Both the position numbers and the translations under genes were made by a program. A stretch of 64,000 bases of DNA, taken from assembly GCA_000934665.2 (NCBI GenBank), contig KZ538019.1, positions 1 through 64,000 of the forward strand, written 5' to 3'. Positions 15,001 to 28,500 of this stretch are shown here, in pieces. How positions within the stretch are numbered: position 1 is the first letter of the stretch; each line of letters begins with the position of its first letter. The notes under the pieces were generated by a model, which saw only the letters and a list, made by a program, of their open reading frames with translations, was not told the DNA's origin and did not search any database. This DNA is from Catajapyx aquilonaris (Eukaryota).

Positions 15001-18000
15001 CAGGCTTTAATGCGACCTATTTTGAAACCCCGTGACCTGAATACTTATATAAAACTGCAGGCGTTTATTTTGGCCTCAGCTCGATTCTTAAAAACTGCTC
15101 TTTTGGCTGACCACGTTCATTGCAATTGGAGACACACAAAAAACATCTTAATGGGAATGAAGCCATAAAGCCGAGGACGGGATTTGCGATTGCATTGGTT
15201 TTCACTCCATCATGCCCCGCTTTTCCGGAATTTTGGTGTGCGATATAACTCCAGTCTCGTTATCTACCACCGTTAATTGATTACGTGGCATTAATCGTCA
15301 GCCAGCACACCTGAAAAGACAGAGTTGAAACCGTGTTTCGACACTCAGATAAAGCGCTCATTAACCTTCCGGGTGAACTCGTTAATCTAGTTTTCTAAGC
15401 CTCGTGCATATCGTTTTATCCCGAAGCGAAAAACCGTGTAAGATTAGCAAAGTGACCGGCCTTATCGGGGGGAGAATTTCAGCTTTTGTTTCTCGTTTAG
15501 TATCAGACCACTCTGAGCAAGCAAATGGCCCCGTAATGAAGAGAAACGTCGAACTAAGAGTGAAAACTCGTGTCAAGTGGGCCCTTCAGGAATATTCTGG
15601 AGGTGACCTCCTTGTGGTCAATAGTGCACCCTGTGTGTACACAGCTGACTCGGAATCCTTTCTCTCGCCCACGCCCCGTCGTCTATTCATTCTTTTTAGC
15701 CCCTTTCCGACACCTCTTCTTCACCTTCAGCACTGCCCTACAAGGGCAAGGGAGGAGAACACGTCTTTCAAGTGCCTCTGTAATACTCCTTCTTCTTTTT
15801 TTAAAATACAAAGGAACGGAGGTTAGCCGAGAATTGCGAGAGAGTTGGAAATCTGGAGAGCCTTGAGGATTGTCTTGCTAGCTGCAGAAACGGGCCAAGC
15901 CTTCGGATAAAGATAGAGAAGCGGACCGGACGGGATATATACCAGCACTTGGCCTAAACTGCCAGAAAACTACCCAATTTTTAAAAGGAGGACACTGTGT
16001 GTCTGGAGCAGGCTTTAAGGAAGCTGACAAAAAATTGGAGCCTGATTGACGTACATCAGCACTTGGGTGTCAGGCCTGGCTGATGCTAGATGCTTGACAT
16101 GTTGTCGCCATGTAGGTGTGTGAGAGGACTGGAATGGGCGTTAATTTACTATGAGAACATGCTTGGACTGGGCAAGCATGCGTGAATTTCGGGCATTATG
16201 GTGCATGTCTGAATTTGTAGGAAGTGCCATGTGACGCAATATCCCAAGTGATTTTTGTTTAGAAGATAACAAGGTATACACATAAGGGAACGGTGGTGCG
16301 TGCCCCATGCAACCCTGGTTTTGGTTGGTGGTGCCGCGTAAATATAGCCAAGAAAGGTTCCTAAGTGCATGTGTGTGGTAAGAACGTGCATACAAGGATA
16401 CTATTTTTTGTGTGTGTACGTGATGTTGCAGCTGGCATTTTTAGCTAAGGCGTGTCCATTTCAAAGGGGGAATCCGGTATACAGTATATGCCGCAAAAAT
16501 CCTAGTGTTGTCTCAAAAAGTTAACAATGCCTGATAATAACGGCCATCATCTGGCGGAATGCAGCGGCTGGGGGAGCATATTTGGTGCATATTTGCGATG
16601 CCGATAATATTCGCTCCGGGGCTGTTTTGGTCGCCCCTGGTGGTTTGCAAGTGGAGTGTCTCGCATTGCTGGTGGTAGAAGAGATAAATCATCCCCTTTC
16701 TCAGCTGTGTTCTAGTGACAGACATGCTATTTAAGCCTCAAGGCTCGGCGATCAAGGACAACCAAGCTCTCGTGCACGCCCAGTGGAAACACATGCATCC
16801 TACTCTTTCACCTTGGCCCTTCCTGGTTTCGTCTCAGGTCATCGCCAATCATGTGTGACCAGTCTACTGCTGGATAGAAAAAAAAAAAATGGAATCGGTT
16901 CCTTGTGGATCATATCAGCACTTGGGGCGGAAGTCAAGGATGCACTTTACTGACACATAGTGAAAGTGCATGTGATGGAGATGCATTCAAGTTGGGACGC
17001 TTTTGGTTGTGGCTGAATGGAGATGCACAGTTTATGGCGTGGCACTTACACACTTTCATGCTCGGTTTAACCTTGCCATTAGTTAGAGATGGCGTGGGAT
17101 GGAAAATTGCCGGTTGTTTCTTCGAGAGTCATCTATGCAAATCTGGGGAGCAGTTTAATTTTTACAACTCGTCCATGAATATTCTGGAGTTCAAACTAAT
17201 TCTCGCCCCCAAAGTTTTTTTGTGGCCCACGCACCTGACCTTGCCAAAAGAGAGCAATTTTGGAGGTTCTGGTTGTTAAGAGGGCGGGCACGTTATCATC
17301 AGACTCCCTTTGCATGTGTGCTCCTTCCAACTGAGAGAAGGAGTGGAAAATTCCTCCTCCTATTACTTTCATAATCATCCCATCTGTCTAGTCCAGGATG
17401 CATTATGTAAAATATGCTAGGTGACGTGTACAGACGCATTGAAACCTGAGAAATTATAGGTTGGGCTGCCGGAAGGGTCACCTTCACAACCTGGGGAACA
17501 TTGCCTGGGAGTAGCAACCGTTTGTCATCATTTCGTTGCGATGCGTGATATGAAGCTTCAAGTACTCCTGTGGTGGTTTTTACTTTGCCGGTTGATTGTC
17601 TCTTGGTCTACGATACGAAGACGTTCGAGGTCGAGAATTCTCCCTTTTTTTCTCTCTTCCAAATTCCAATGCCTACTTTGCAACAAACTTCATGGGGTCC
17701 ACACACACAAAAAAGGGGGGAAGGGATTTGAAACGTAATCTCCGACGAAACGGCTTGTAAATGTGAGATATGAAGCCGTAATTCGTACATGAGCACCCCC
17801 CGCAGGATCCGTAGGTCTGGACGAAGGGAGATGGTCGTAAGATGAAACCGGTGCTGCATCAGCGTTCTAGGATTCAAGCAAGCAAAAAAGTCGAGCGTAT
17901 AAAAAAAAAGAGCTTCGTGTCTTTTTGACATTCACAAAGGCGCTTCTCATCAAGGAGATGGCGTTCTGGGACTGAGCCTCAGGCCCATCCTATATATGGA

Positions 18001-19493
18001 GAGAGAGAGAAAATTAACCATTTTTGAAACCTTTTGTTCCAAAACTAGTGATCCTGCCAATTTATCCGGAGATCTGCGGAATAAATCTTGTAATCGTTTC
18101 TAGTGTTGACAAGTAACTGTTCGCATAAAAATTTTATCGGCTCCTGTTAACTCCTGGTAACTGGGTCCAATTATAGGTCTAACTACTTGCTCCGAATGGG
18201 GTCATGCGGGTAATGCAGGATTGGCGATGTCTGGCTTCAGCGAGAGCTTAATTATTGAGGCCGGTTCTGAAGAGTAAGCCCAGCTGCGAAGTTTAGGGAA
18301 GGGAAAGAAAATTGTAACAAAGTCAAGTGCCGCCATGTCGGTAAGTACGAGGTTGGAGGAGAATAATGAATACATGGGTGTGGCAGTCGGCTCGTGTATA
18401 ATAAATGGACAGGGATTTCACGCCAGGAGCGAGCTTATAGTTTTAATCCCGCGACAAATTTCACTTTTCTCTAGGCTTGGTATTTATTGGGAGATGGCCA
18501 GGTCAGGGCAAGGTCGCTATTAGGAATTTTGGTGGATTACGTGGAAATTTATTCCGTGGAGGCATCACCGGCTTCGTCTATAGGGTGGGATCTCTGATAT
18601 ACTAACCGCACCAGGGGGCAAAACTATCGGCCACTTTCTCACAGACCCTGGCATTTCGCTAAAAGGTTCCCTCTGTAAACCTGCAGCAACTATTTTGATA
18701 ATATTTTATAATATAATTATGATTCATATGGGAGTTATGCAGGTGATGCTTGCATAGGCCTACATGGGATCCAGTATTATCGGGAGGAGATATCGCGAGG
18801 TTATTTGCAGTGCAGTATTGCGGACAGATCCGGTACGAGCTCGTTTCATACGGAGAGCCATGCAAAGGAACAGGGAAATTAGGTTAGAGGTTTTAATATT
18901 CAGAGTATGCAAATATTTCTGTATGCGGACACGTATGAAATTCGTTGCGTAACATTTTTTTGAAGTGCGGTATCAACACGTTACGTGTTGCTGTCGAATG
19001 TGTTTTCGTGGGGAAACACCGTGGACGTACAGAGATGATGTTTCAATCCGCTCTTTGTGTCGATCACATGGTTAGCCCGTGGCCCAGCACGTGAAATCGG
19101 AGAATGGACACCTTCCACTTATTCATTCTGGCCAGAACAGGTTGTGCCTTCAATCATCATCGCCACTCCTTAGATGTTGTCAAGGTCGGGGAAAAACCGA
19201 TGGGTATGTCACTCCGCCAGTCATGCCCAAGATGGGGGTCGGCCGGGTCAGAGGTCAATACGAGTTGACCTTCGCGAAACATCAGGTGAAACAGTGATGT
19301 AAGGAAAAAAGGTCTTGCTTTTCTTTGAGGATGTGGGGGGCGGTGGTGGGGAGCGACTATCATTTGCCACTTCGGCCTGGAGCGGAAAGCACGAACACAT
19401 GCACATACGAGCGTCCATCACATGCAGTCGACCACATGCCTCTTTCACCTTGCTTGCTATCGGCTGGCCCCATGCCAAGGACAGACTCGCGCG

Positions 19494-19515
19494 CACACAC
19501 ACACACATACACACA
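19494..19515. repeat. Imperfect (CA)n microsatellite
   Basis: Direct reading of the sequence. Confidence 0.8.
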
Positions 19516-22500
19516 TTACAAACACACTGCACACCACACAAAAAGGAAGGAGTCCTTTTGCGAAAAGACTTCCGGGCTGCAAAGTGCCCTTGACGTTTCC
19601 GACGCCACATTCCGCGCACCTTTTGCACCACTTTGTCACCAGCTGTTTCCTGGTCCTCCCTTGTTGCTAGGTGACCATATGCTGACTGGATACAAACGGT
19701 GGAAAAATAGTGCGTACCCGTGCAACTATTGCACCTCCAGGATAGCCGTCAAGCATATAGCTGCAGACGCAGCGCCTACTGTACGATCGTGTACGATATT
19801 ACGATATGTCTAAATCCACTACTTTTCGAATTTGATTTTTTTTTAAATAGTGTGTTTGATACTTGCAATGTGGGTAACTATATTTGGCGAAATATTGCAT
19901 TGGTAATGTGTGATAAATTTGACATGTATCACATGACATTTTCCATAAAAATGCCATACCCATGATTAGTCTGAGTATATGATGATTGTGCAGTATCGTT
20001 TTGTAATTTTCTGTCATGCCAGGTCCAGTTTTTGCCAAGTTTTGCTCAGTTGGACAGCCATTAAAAGGGTACAGAACCCAAGTAGTTTTGGCGACTCATC
20101 ATGGAGGAAAGGGGGCTAAGGGCCCTGTGAGGAAGCCCGTGCTTAATGGGCTTGTGTTAGTAAACATTTCCATCCTGCGATAATTTCAGGTAAGATACAC
20201 ACATCCGGAGCGGAATGTAATCCGTAGCTCGGCCTTCGCTGAGGCGGAGAACTGGGAGCAAATCATGGATGGCGGAAGGCAGGGTAAACACGGCTGCCGG
20301 GGAGGATCTATTGATCTAGCATAGAGCACAAGTCGTTGAACTGGGCGCGAAATATTAAACACGATTTCTTGCAGTTTATTGTTAGCAAGGTGGGGCAGGA
20401 GGCTTATTTTATTGAGCCTCCGATGCAATACGGGCTGCTATATCCACACTAGTGGCCATGGCTTATCTGTTTCAAACTTTGCGTGCTAATTGCGCGAACC
20501 TGTGTACCCATATATTATATTTTGTTGCTGGCACATCAATAAATGTAGTGCCCTGAACTCCCCCTGGTTTTTTCCTGGGAGCCTACAAAAGTCGTCCTTG
20601 GAAAATTCTGCGGCACGTCGTTAAACTCGGATGTTTTATGTTCCCACTTCCTTTGGGATGATTGATGATCAGGGCGATCCTTTTTTGATTAATGGAGCAA
20701 TCTCCGCCAACTATCTCGCGTTCTTAATCTAAGAAGTGTCAAACAGAGGTGACCTTGACTCAGAGATCTCTGTGTAGTTTTTGAGTCATACGCACGGTAC
20801 ACGACCGTAATGCGTTCCATGATGGTTTGTTTGACTTGCGGTGCAAGAAAAAAAGGCACGCGAAATTTTATTACCATATTGGCAGAGCCCTATCTGATAA
20901 AAAGGCTGGAGGGCAAATTTTATGTACCGATAGTTGGAGAAAGGAAGTACACATAATTTGCATAGAAATGTTGTGCCATATTGATAATGAACTGGTGATG
21001 TAATTTTTTCCCCGATTGTCGAACACATGCAGAAACCGACCTTGAAAAGGTGGCGGCTCACATATATTGATATATTCCAACCCGTTTGAAACAGATGGGG
21101 TAGCACATCCTTGAGTCGCATGTAACAATGCCCTGTATCAGCGGCCGAATCTGACAAGATAATGCGGGAGTATGTGCATCAAGCCGGTGGCCGTGCTTTG
21201 GCGGAACGAAGGATTCCTCTTCAGTTGGCAACAGAGGACGGGCCTTTTGCAGGGAAGAGGAAGGTTTTCCGGATGATTGTCAAGGCCAGAGAAGCCATTT
21301 TAGCCAGCCACGTGTGCAGAGGAAGGTGGGGGCGTGGGATTTGCTTTTTTTTCTGTTGCTAGGGAAAGATCCTTTTGGCCTCAAAAAGATGGGGGGGATG
21401 TCTTGGCGCCACCATCTGTTTTCTCTTGCGGTCCGAACCCGATGGTGTAATTACCCACTAGTTTACAGCTTAAGAATCTACTGGAGGCTGCCGGAGGAAA
21501 AAATAAATACACGCGGCTGCTGGAAGGTCGCGGGGTTTTGCCTTATCGTTGCCATCAGTTTATACTGGAGAAAGGCACCATGGCCCATCATTCACACTGG
21601 GGGTTGTCCCTTTTGTTGGGTGTGTTCTTTGCCTGGAAGGGGTGTCGCCCTGGCAATGTGTGGTATGCGTGTACAATTACGCGAAAGATTACACGCCGTC
21701 ATGTCTGCCCAGAGGTGAAATAGGTTGTGGAAATTGCAATTTTCTAGAGGACGTCACTGGCATGTTCATTAATTTTGCTCGCGGCGGTGTGAGATTGGCC
21801 TGCTAGATATTCCGAGTCACGTCTAAAATCTGCTGTGTTTGACCTTTCTCCTGACCAGCCGCAGCCTTACATGTTGCTATATGTGTCATGCGTTTAAAAA
21901 GGGGTAATGAAAGGTGCTGTGCAGCCTCATCTTAAAACGAATCTCGTGAAATTATTGCGGGTTTTAATCCAATCGGAGCCAGGTGTGCAAAGATGGAATC
22001 GTCCAGCGGTCTTTAAATACATAACACTGTTTAATAAAGAAAGGTTGCGTGTTAGGACTACGTAACGATGAAAAGTCGTGTATTTTTTCTCAAGTCATGT
22101 AGTTAATTTCACTCGGTGTCAGCGTCACACCTGACGGGGTTTAGGGAAGTTGATTTTTGCCAAGGAGCCACAGAATGGTGTGCGTCAAGATTATCCGGAG
22201 GGTCTCCTTTTTGCGTCACCTGGATGAAGTGATTTTGGCACGAGAAGCAAAAAGATGTATATCTGTTCCAGAATATAAATATCTTTCTGGCCCTCCCAAG
22301 GCTGGACCTGTCCACGGAAGTTAAAATTCCTGCCACTCTCCCCATCTTGATCGGACTTCCTCTTTCTTTCAGATCTTTTTTTGAAATAAAAAAAAGTGGA
22401 GGAATCAGGGTAAAGGACCGGAACAAACTAGATGGAAATGAGATGATGACGTCTGTTTTTTTCCACGTCTATTGACTACCTTCAGCAAGCTCTTTGAAGC

Positions 22501-25500
22501 AGAGATTGTTCCGGTTTCCTGCGAGGAATGCAGTAGTTTTGGCGAAAGACACGGCCGGCGTTGAATTAGGCGCAAAAATAACCACCAGCTACGTTATTAA
22601 TGATTTTGAGACCGTGCCAAAGAGGAGACTCGGTTCATTTCGATGTTCTGGAAGGAACGGTAAAAAATTGCGGGTGGAAAAAAAAGTGCCAAGCTCTTGA
22701 CTAATGGCGTGACAACGGAATCTAGGATCCCACTTTATTGGCGAATATATGTAGCCCCCCTGTTTTATTATATATAATTTGGAAGCAACGTCCTCGCTTG
22801 TTCTAGTGTCCTCTAATGGTAAGGTCGTAGAGTTCAACTTAATGTATGCATGACTGTCTCCCTGTTCATTTTTTTTGTAAGCAAAATGCACAGCCCTCCC
22901 TAGAGCGACTTGGAAACAGGCTTAACCTGAAAACGGTGCAGTGCATCAAGTCCCATTAACTTATGTCTGAAGCCCTAGTTTAGTCAGCTGTAATTACTCG
23001 GGCCAACTCCCTTCCATGAATATGATGGTTGCCCACTCTTGCCTGGTCGCTGGTATAGTAGTGTGAGGTCATTGCACCCGCTCGCTTGATAATTACCGCC
23101 TGTAGAGGAGAGAAAGTGGCAAACGTCCACTAGGCTGAAGCAAGCGTCATTTTCTCTTTTCCTGTGTGTCTCCTTTTACTCTCTTGGCTTCCCTGCATAT
23201 ACCTGAGTTTCCTAATTCTGTTCCTCCGGGCATGAACTTTTTTTCTTCTTCTTCTTTCAAAGGGTGGTCTCCAGTATGGTTACGCTTGGAAGGGCAGGTA
23301 GTTAGGTAGGTGCTGCTGGTAGCTCCTCCCTTGTCTTTTCACGCGGCCTGGCTCGGTCGAAGAAGCGTGACCTACCCGATATGTCGAGTGATGTTCGATA
23401 TGCCGCAAATTTTTGGATGGAAGGGGGGCTATGTGGCAATGACCCCAGACGCGTAACATTTTCTTTCCCAGGGAATACGGAAATGAGGGGAAGGCAGCGA
23501 ACCCCGGAGGTTATATGAGGGAGGACTCTCCTAATGTAATCTCCCCTTAAGCATTGAAATGACCTCTATCTCAACCGCTTTGCCCTGCTCCATTGATTAA
23601 GCTCATTGTTCCTTGTGGTGAAGATGATGAGGTGCACGAATCCGTCCGTGCAATTAGTAGCTTTAATGTCCGAGCCCGGGGAAGGATGGAAAATCCCCTT
23701 TTCACCTTGGTTGCATCTACTTGCTGATAAAACTAGACCAGGTTTTTCATTTAGGACCGGTCTTCATCATGTAAGCCACAGGCGAGGGCATGGCCAGACC
23801 AAGGAACGGGTTCTTATCTGGCATCTCGTGTGGGCTTCCGAATCGGAAGCTTCTTGGGTTTGGTATATATACGACGGTGTTCAAGTCGCTCGTCTAAATT
23901 GTTGAGGCAGCATCCCGCTCAGGTGTCATAAATCGCAATTAGTGGGGAGTAATCGTAATGAGCGGAGACTAAGGAGGACGACTAACGAGTGAGGCTGGAG
24001 GCAGGGAACACGGTCGTCGTTATTTTCCCAGGAACTATTTGACGTGCCAGTATTTTATATCACCGGGTAATTTTAGGAACAGAGAGGATATGATGTTGAA
24101 CGAAGCAAACCCGTGGATGTAAAATTGTGCACACCACGCCTTAATGGGGTTAACCGAATTTGCTTCAGCCGTCAGGTCCAGCGGGTTCGACGCCATTTGA
24201 GACCAATAGTATTTCAATTATCTTGTCAATAGACTAGTGTTGGGCACCGCCCAACAACACTTCACACCGACCTTGCTATAATTAAACCGTAAGGAATGAA
24301 TTATTGCTTCAACAAAATTTGCGTCGTGTGCAATAAATTACCCAACGGGTCTCCCGTGGTGAACAACCATTAACTACCGGACTTTTTTCCTCCCCCGGGT
24401 TTTTATTTACTGGGTCCGACCATGCATTCGCGAACCGGTGACCCTACTATTTTACAGGATTACTCAGCACACGGTCTCATTAACGGAGTTGGGGCGTAAG
24501 GTAGAGTGAATGAGCAAGCCATCATGTACCGGTATGCTGCGGATGCAAATGGTAGACTGATTAGGTCCCCTTTGTGTGGTGCTCCCTCTATGAAGAAAAA
24601 AAGTTGCGCAAAAAGGGTGGACGGGGGCATATCCTGTTGACCAGTTGCTGGACATGTAGGGAGATTGATCACTTGGGTCCCACAACTTTGCAACTGGTCT
24701 TTGGGTCTGACCTGTAACGGTCCGGTTCGCGTCTGCATGGGAAGAGCTAGTGAGCAACTGTCGCCGTTTAACAGTATACTAAGTTTTTATTATTATGGTG
24801 TCGTCCATTGTTTGCCAGTAGTTTTCGAATGGGCGGATGGAGTGTGTGACGCCAGATATTTTGTAATTTGAAAGTTCGGGGGATCAGGAGCCAGTGGTGC
24901 GGAGGGCAAGGTAGAAAGGGATCTCTGATGGTTGTGAATGGTTGGCCTGGCAACTGCTGCACAAGCGGTGAAAGGAGGAGGAGGATGGGAGTGAGGAGCA
25001 CCTGCTAGAAGAGATTTCAAGATGCACGCTAGGTCTCGTCTAGATGGGCAAAGGTGGAAAAAATGGGATGAAAGGAACCAGGAGGGGAAAAGAAAGAGTA
25101 ATTCACTCGGGGTAGGTATAAGCTGTAGCGGGACCGTGGAACAGCTGATGCCAAGTGGATTTTATAAAGCAAAAATCCCTAGACCTATCTCCCTATCCGT
25201 GTCAGGGTTGACCCATTTCGGATGCCCAGGATTCACAATGGCGGCTACGACCATACCCTACTCGAGTGCTTTTGGAAAATGGTGATATTTCTCCTAAGTC
25301 GAGTACGCGCAAATGCGTGGCACAACTGCCATACTATTATTGCAGATGTTATACTCGAGACTCTATTTTAAAATCCTCCTGATATTTTTATGTGAATTGG
25401 CGCACATGTTATCCAGGAGCGAAATTATGCTTCCTAAATAAATCCAACGGGTGATCAAAAGAGTTTTCTGGCCTTTCTTTTAACTGGCGGTTTTCCAGTG

Positions 25501-28500
25501 GGGGAGTTAATTATAAAAATTTCTACCGGGTTTATCTACGCGTGCCAGTAGGTACTGCAAATTTAATACCTGATAGGCGGGATAACGCACTTGTTATTAC
25601 GGGCCTCGAGGGAAGGGGAATATATGTGGCCTATACTCGCATGAAAATAAACATGGGAGGAAAATTAGGTGTGGTATTTTCATTCGGCAGTCAGCCGGAG
25701 AGGTAGGTTTATATGTACGGAAACCATGGCAAATAATCCGTCATGTTTTTCAGGATGCGCCGGTTCATATGGCGCACGCAACCGCAGCACTTTTGCATGT
25801 GCATTGTTGCGGCGAGAATCTGCTTTATGCGGTGCATTCGCAGTCAGCACCGAGCCCCAGAAAAAAAGCACTGCCAAAGCGACATGGTCCACATGTTGAA
25901 ATGATTGCGCAATCGTCCTTGCAGTTTCTGTATATACTGCAAATACATGCAGTATATATGCAGTGTACACACAGTCACGCCTAGGAGCAAGCAGTCGTTA
26001 AAAATCCCCCGCGTTGGATGGTGCAGCGAAAATTTACCTTAACATTAATTTGGAAAGGTGGTTAGCATGTTTGCTTCCGTGAAAAGACTTCACCCACCAG
26101 CTGGGAAGTCTGTCGGGACACGTAAAGGGCGGGCATAATTATGGTGTCACCATTTTCTTTTCTTCCTGTCCCACAAACTGAAACCGGCACGAAGGGAAAA
26201 GCCAATGCCGCTCTATATTTCACCCCAGAAAATACGCTCGTTTTTGAAAATAATTATAAATTTATTTAGGCCGTTTGGTCGTGGTTTGCTGGTTTTTCCA
26301 CTCTCCGCGTTAATCAGTTCTAATTAGGTGGCGCCTGGTTTTAAAGGGCTGGTCAGGACTAAGGCGCCGGTGATAGAAATGGGCTTCCGATCGGATAGAG
26401 GGGCGTTATTTTATTGGCTCGGCAAAAGGTCCATATATCAATCGGGCGGGAAGTGTGATTTTAGCACGTCAGCGTGCCGCCGTGCGCGACAGACAAAGGA
26501 AATTGAAACGGAAACAATACGTGGGAGCCGTGAAACAGTAAAACCGAAACGATGCAGACCGTGTATCATGCACACGATCGGTTTCCCCAGGCTGTTTCGG
26601 TAATAAAGTGCCAATTTTTTATGTATCGAAAGAGGCTACTGGAAGTACCTAGTTCCCGTAGTAAACTCACTGTATAGTATGTGCATTTGCTGATTGCAAT
26701 TATGTCGAATGCGAGTGAGAAATTGTACTGCGAAAGTCGGAATAATAGACAATTGAAATTAACATATAGGCACATGTTATGGAATTGTAAATTACACAAT
26801 TTCACGGGTAAAAATAATAGTATTTTGTAACTTGTATTTTGCTAATCAGGGTTAGTCATATGATGACTGTGAGTTTAACGTAACAGAATGATGTTGTAAT
26901 ATTAGTATGCGATCATGCACATTTTATGACGTCAAATTCGAGTTGTTTTATAACACTACACAGTACTATTACTTTTTGCGTGAAACCTAAGGAGGAAATT
27001 TTCACTCGAGTGAGTTTCCTAGGGTTTTATTTTGCCTATTCTTCTTATGGTACGTGCTGTTGTGAATTCATTAATGCTTTGTTGCTAATGAGACCAAAGT
27101 GTGCTAATTTCAATGCACACGACTGCAGCCTGTACAGTCCACGATAAACTTTCCATTTCATACAATTAGGCAATTGTGTAATCTGTAGTTAATGCACGTG
27201 TCGCTTTAGAAAGGTGTGAACGTCGCATTTATTGCGATTATAATAATATAATTCAAATTGGGCAGCAATTACAACAATGACACTGACAATTAGGGGATTA
27301 AATTGTTGGGACAAAGCATTTTTCATAATAACTGTGATTACATATCTTCACATTATTTGAAACTTGTACTTGGACCAGTCCTTAGAAGATGCTTAGATGC
27401 GACTGGGGTGGGCGTGCCAAAAAGAAGACAGAAAGCCTTTTTGAAGTGATGTGCGGCTAATAGGAAGGTACATCTTCGTAAGCCACAAGACAAAGGGCTG
27501 CACTGTGTATTTGTTTGACTTTTCTTTCAACCCCCTCCCCCTCCCCCTTTGTTAAAAAAAAGTTGCGCCTTTGTTCCTTTTCACGGCTAGAAGTTCGTGA
27601 GGGTAGAATTACCAAAAGCCGGGAGGAAATGAATCCCGCGGCGGCCATGATAAATCTTGTGCTGCAGAGAGTCCTAAGAGAAACTCGGAGGAGCCTGGCT
27701 TGTAGATGTCAGTGTTGATCATAGAGCTGAGTCGAGTCTCCGACCAAGGAGCCAATTTAGTATTCGCCAAGGGTTTTCCTTAGGCGTAGCCTCCCGTTCT
27801 TTTGGTTGCCATGCCCACCTTCGGCTGGAAGGCTTACATAATGTGAATTAGTCTCCCGGGCTCCACAACACGCAGGCCTGCCTGCATGGATGCTAAGATA
27901 TACTGCCTTTCCGTTCTCACCTTGAGATATGCAAAGTGCCAAGCTGACTGTTGTGGGAAGGTGCAAAAAAGTCCCTCAAGCCCAGTAGCATTAGCAATGA
28001 TGACTCATTGTAGGGACAACAAACGGCCGGTGTGTGTCGGCATGTTATAGAACTCCGATGATTGGGTTTATTTATGGCCACGAGTGAGCACGTGATAACC
28101 AAATTGTTTCGTACCTGATAAAGGTGCACTCGCACGTGTTCAGGACACTGACTGCAGACAATCGGCGCCTGCTTGTGAGATGCATCGGCGACAACTTGTA
28201 ATTAACTCAGTCCCCGCCTGACGAGAGTTTCGTGTCGCGTGTCACCTTTGTCACTCAAAAGTTTCATAACCGAGACGCCGGGTAATTTTGTGGACTGAAA
28301 TGTTGGGACGTGGCAATATGTTGAAGATATATTCGCCATTTCTCTGAATGCGGCCAAGTTATGCTCGGTGGTGACATTATTTGAAGGTCGCGCGTTTGTG
28401 GTACAATGTATTTTGGAGCCTGGCTGCAGCTCCCAAGAAAACGGGTTACGATGTTATAGTTTGCCACGTGGAGGAAACTTTTGTTGACATTAACCCCATC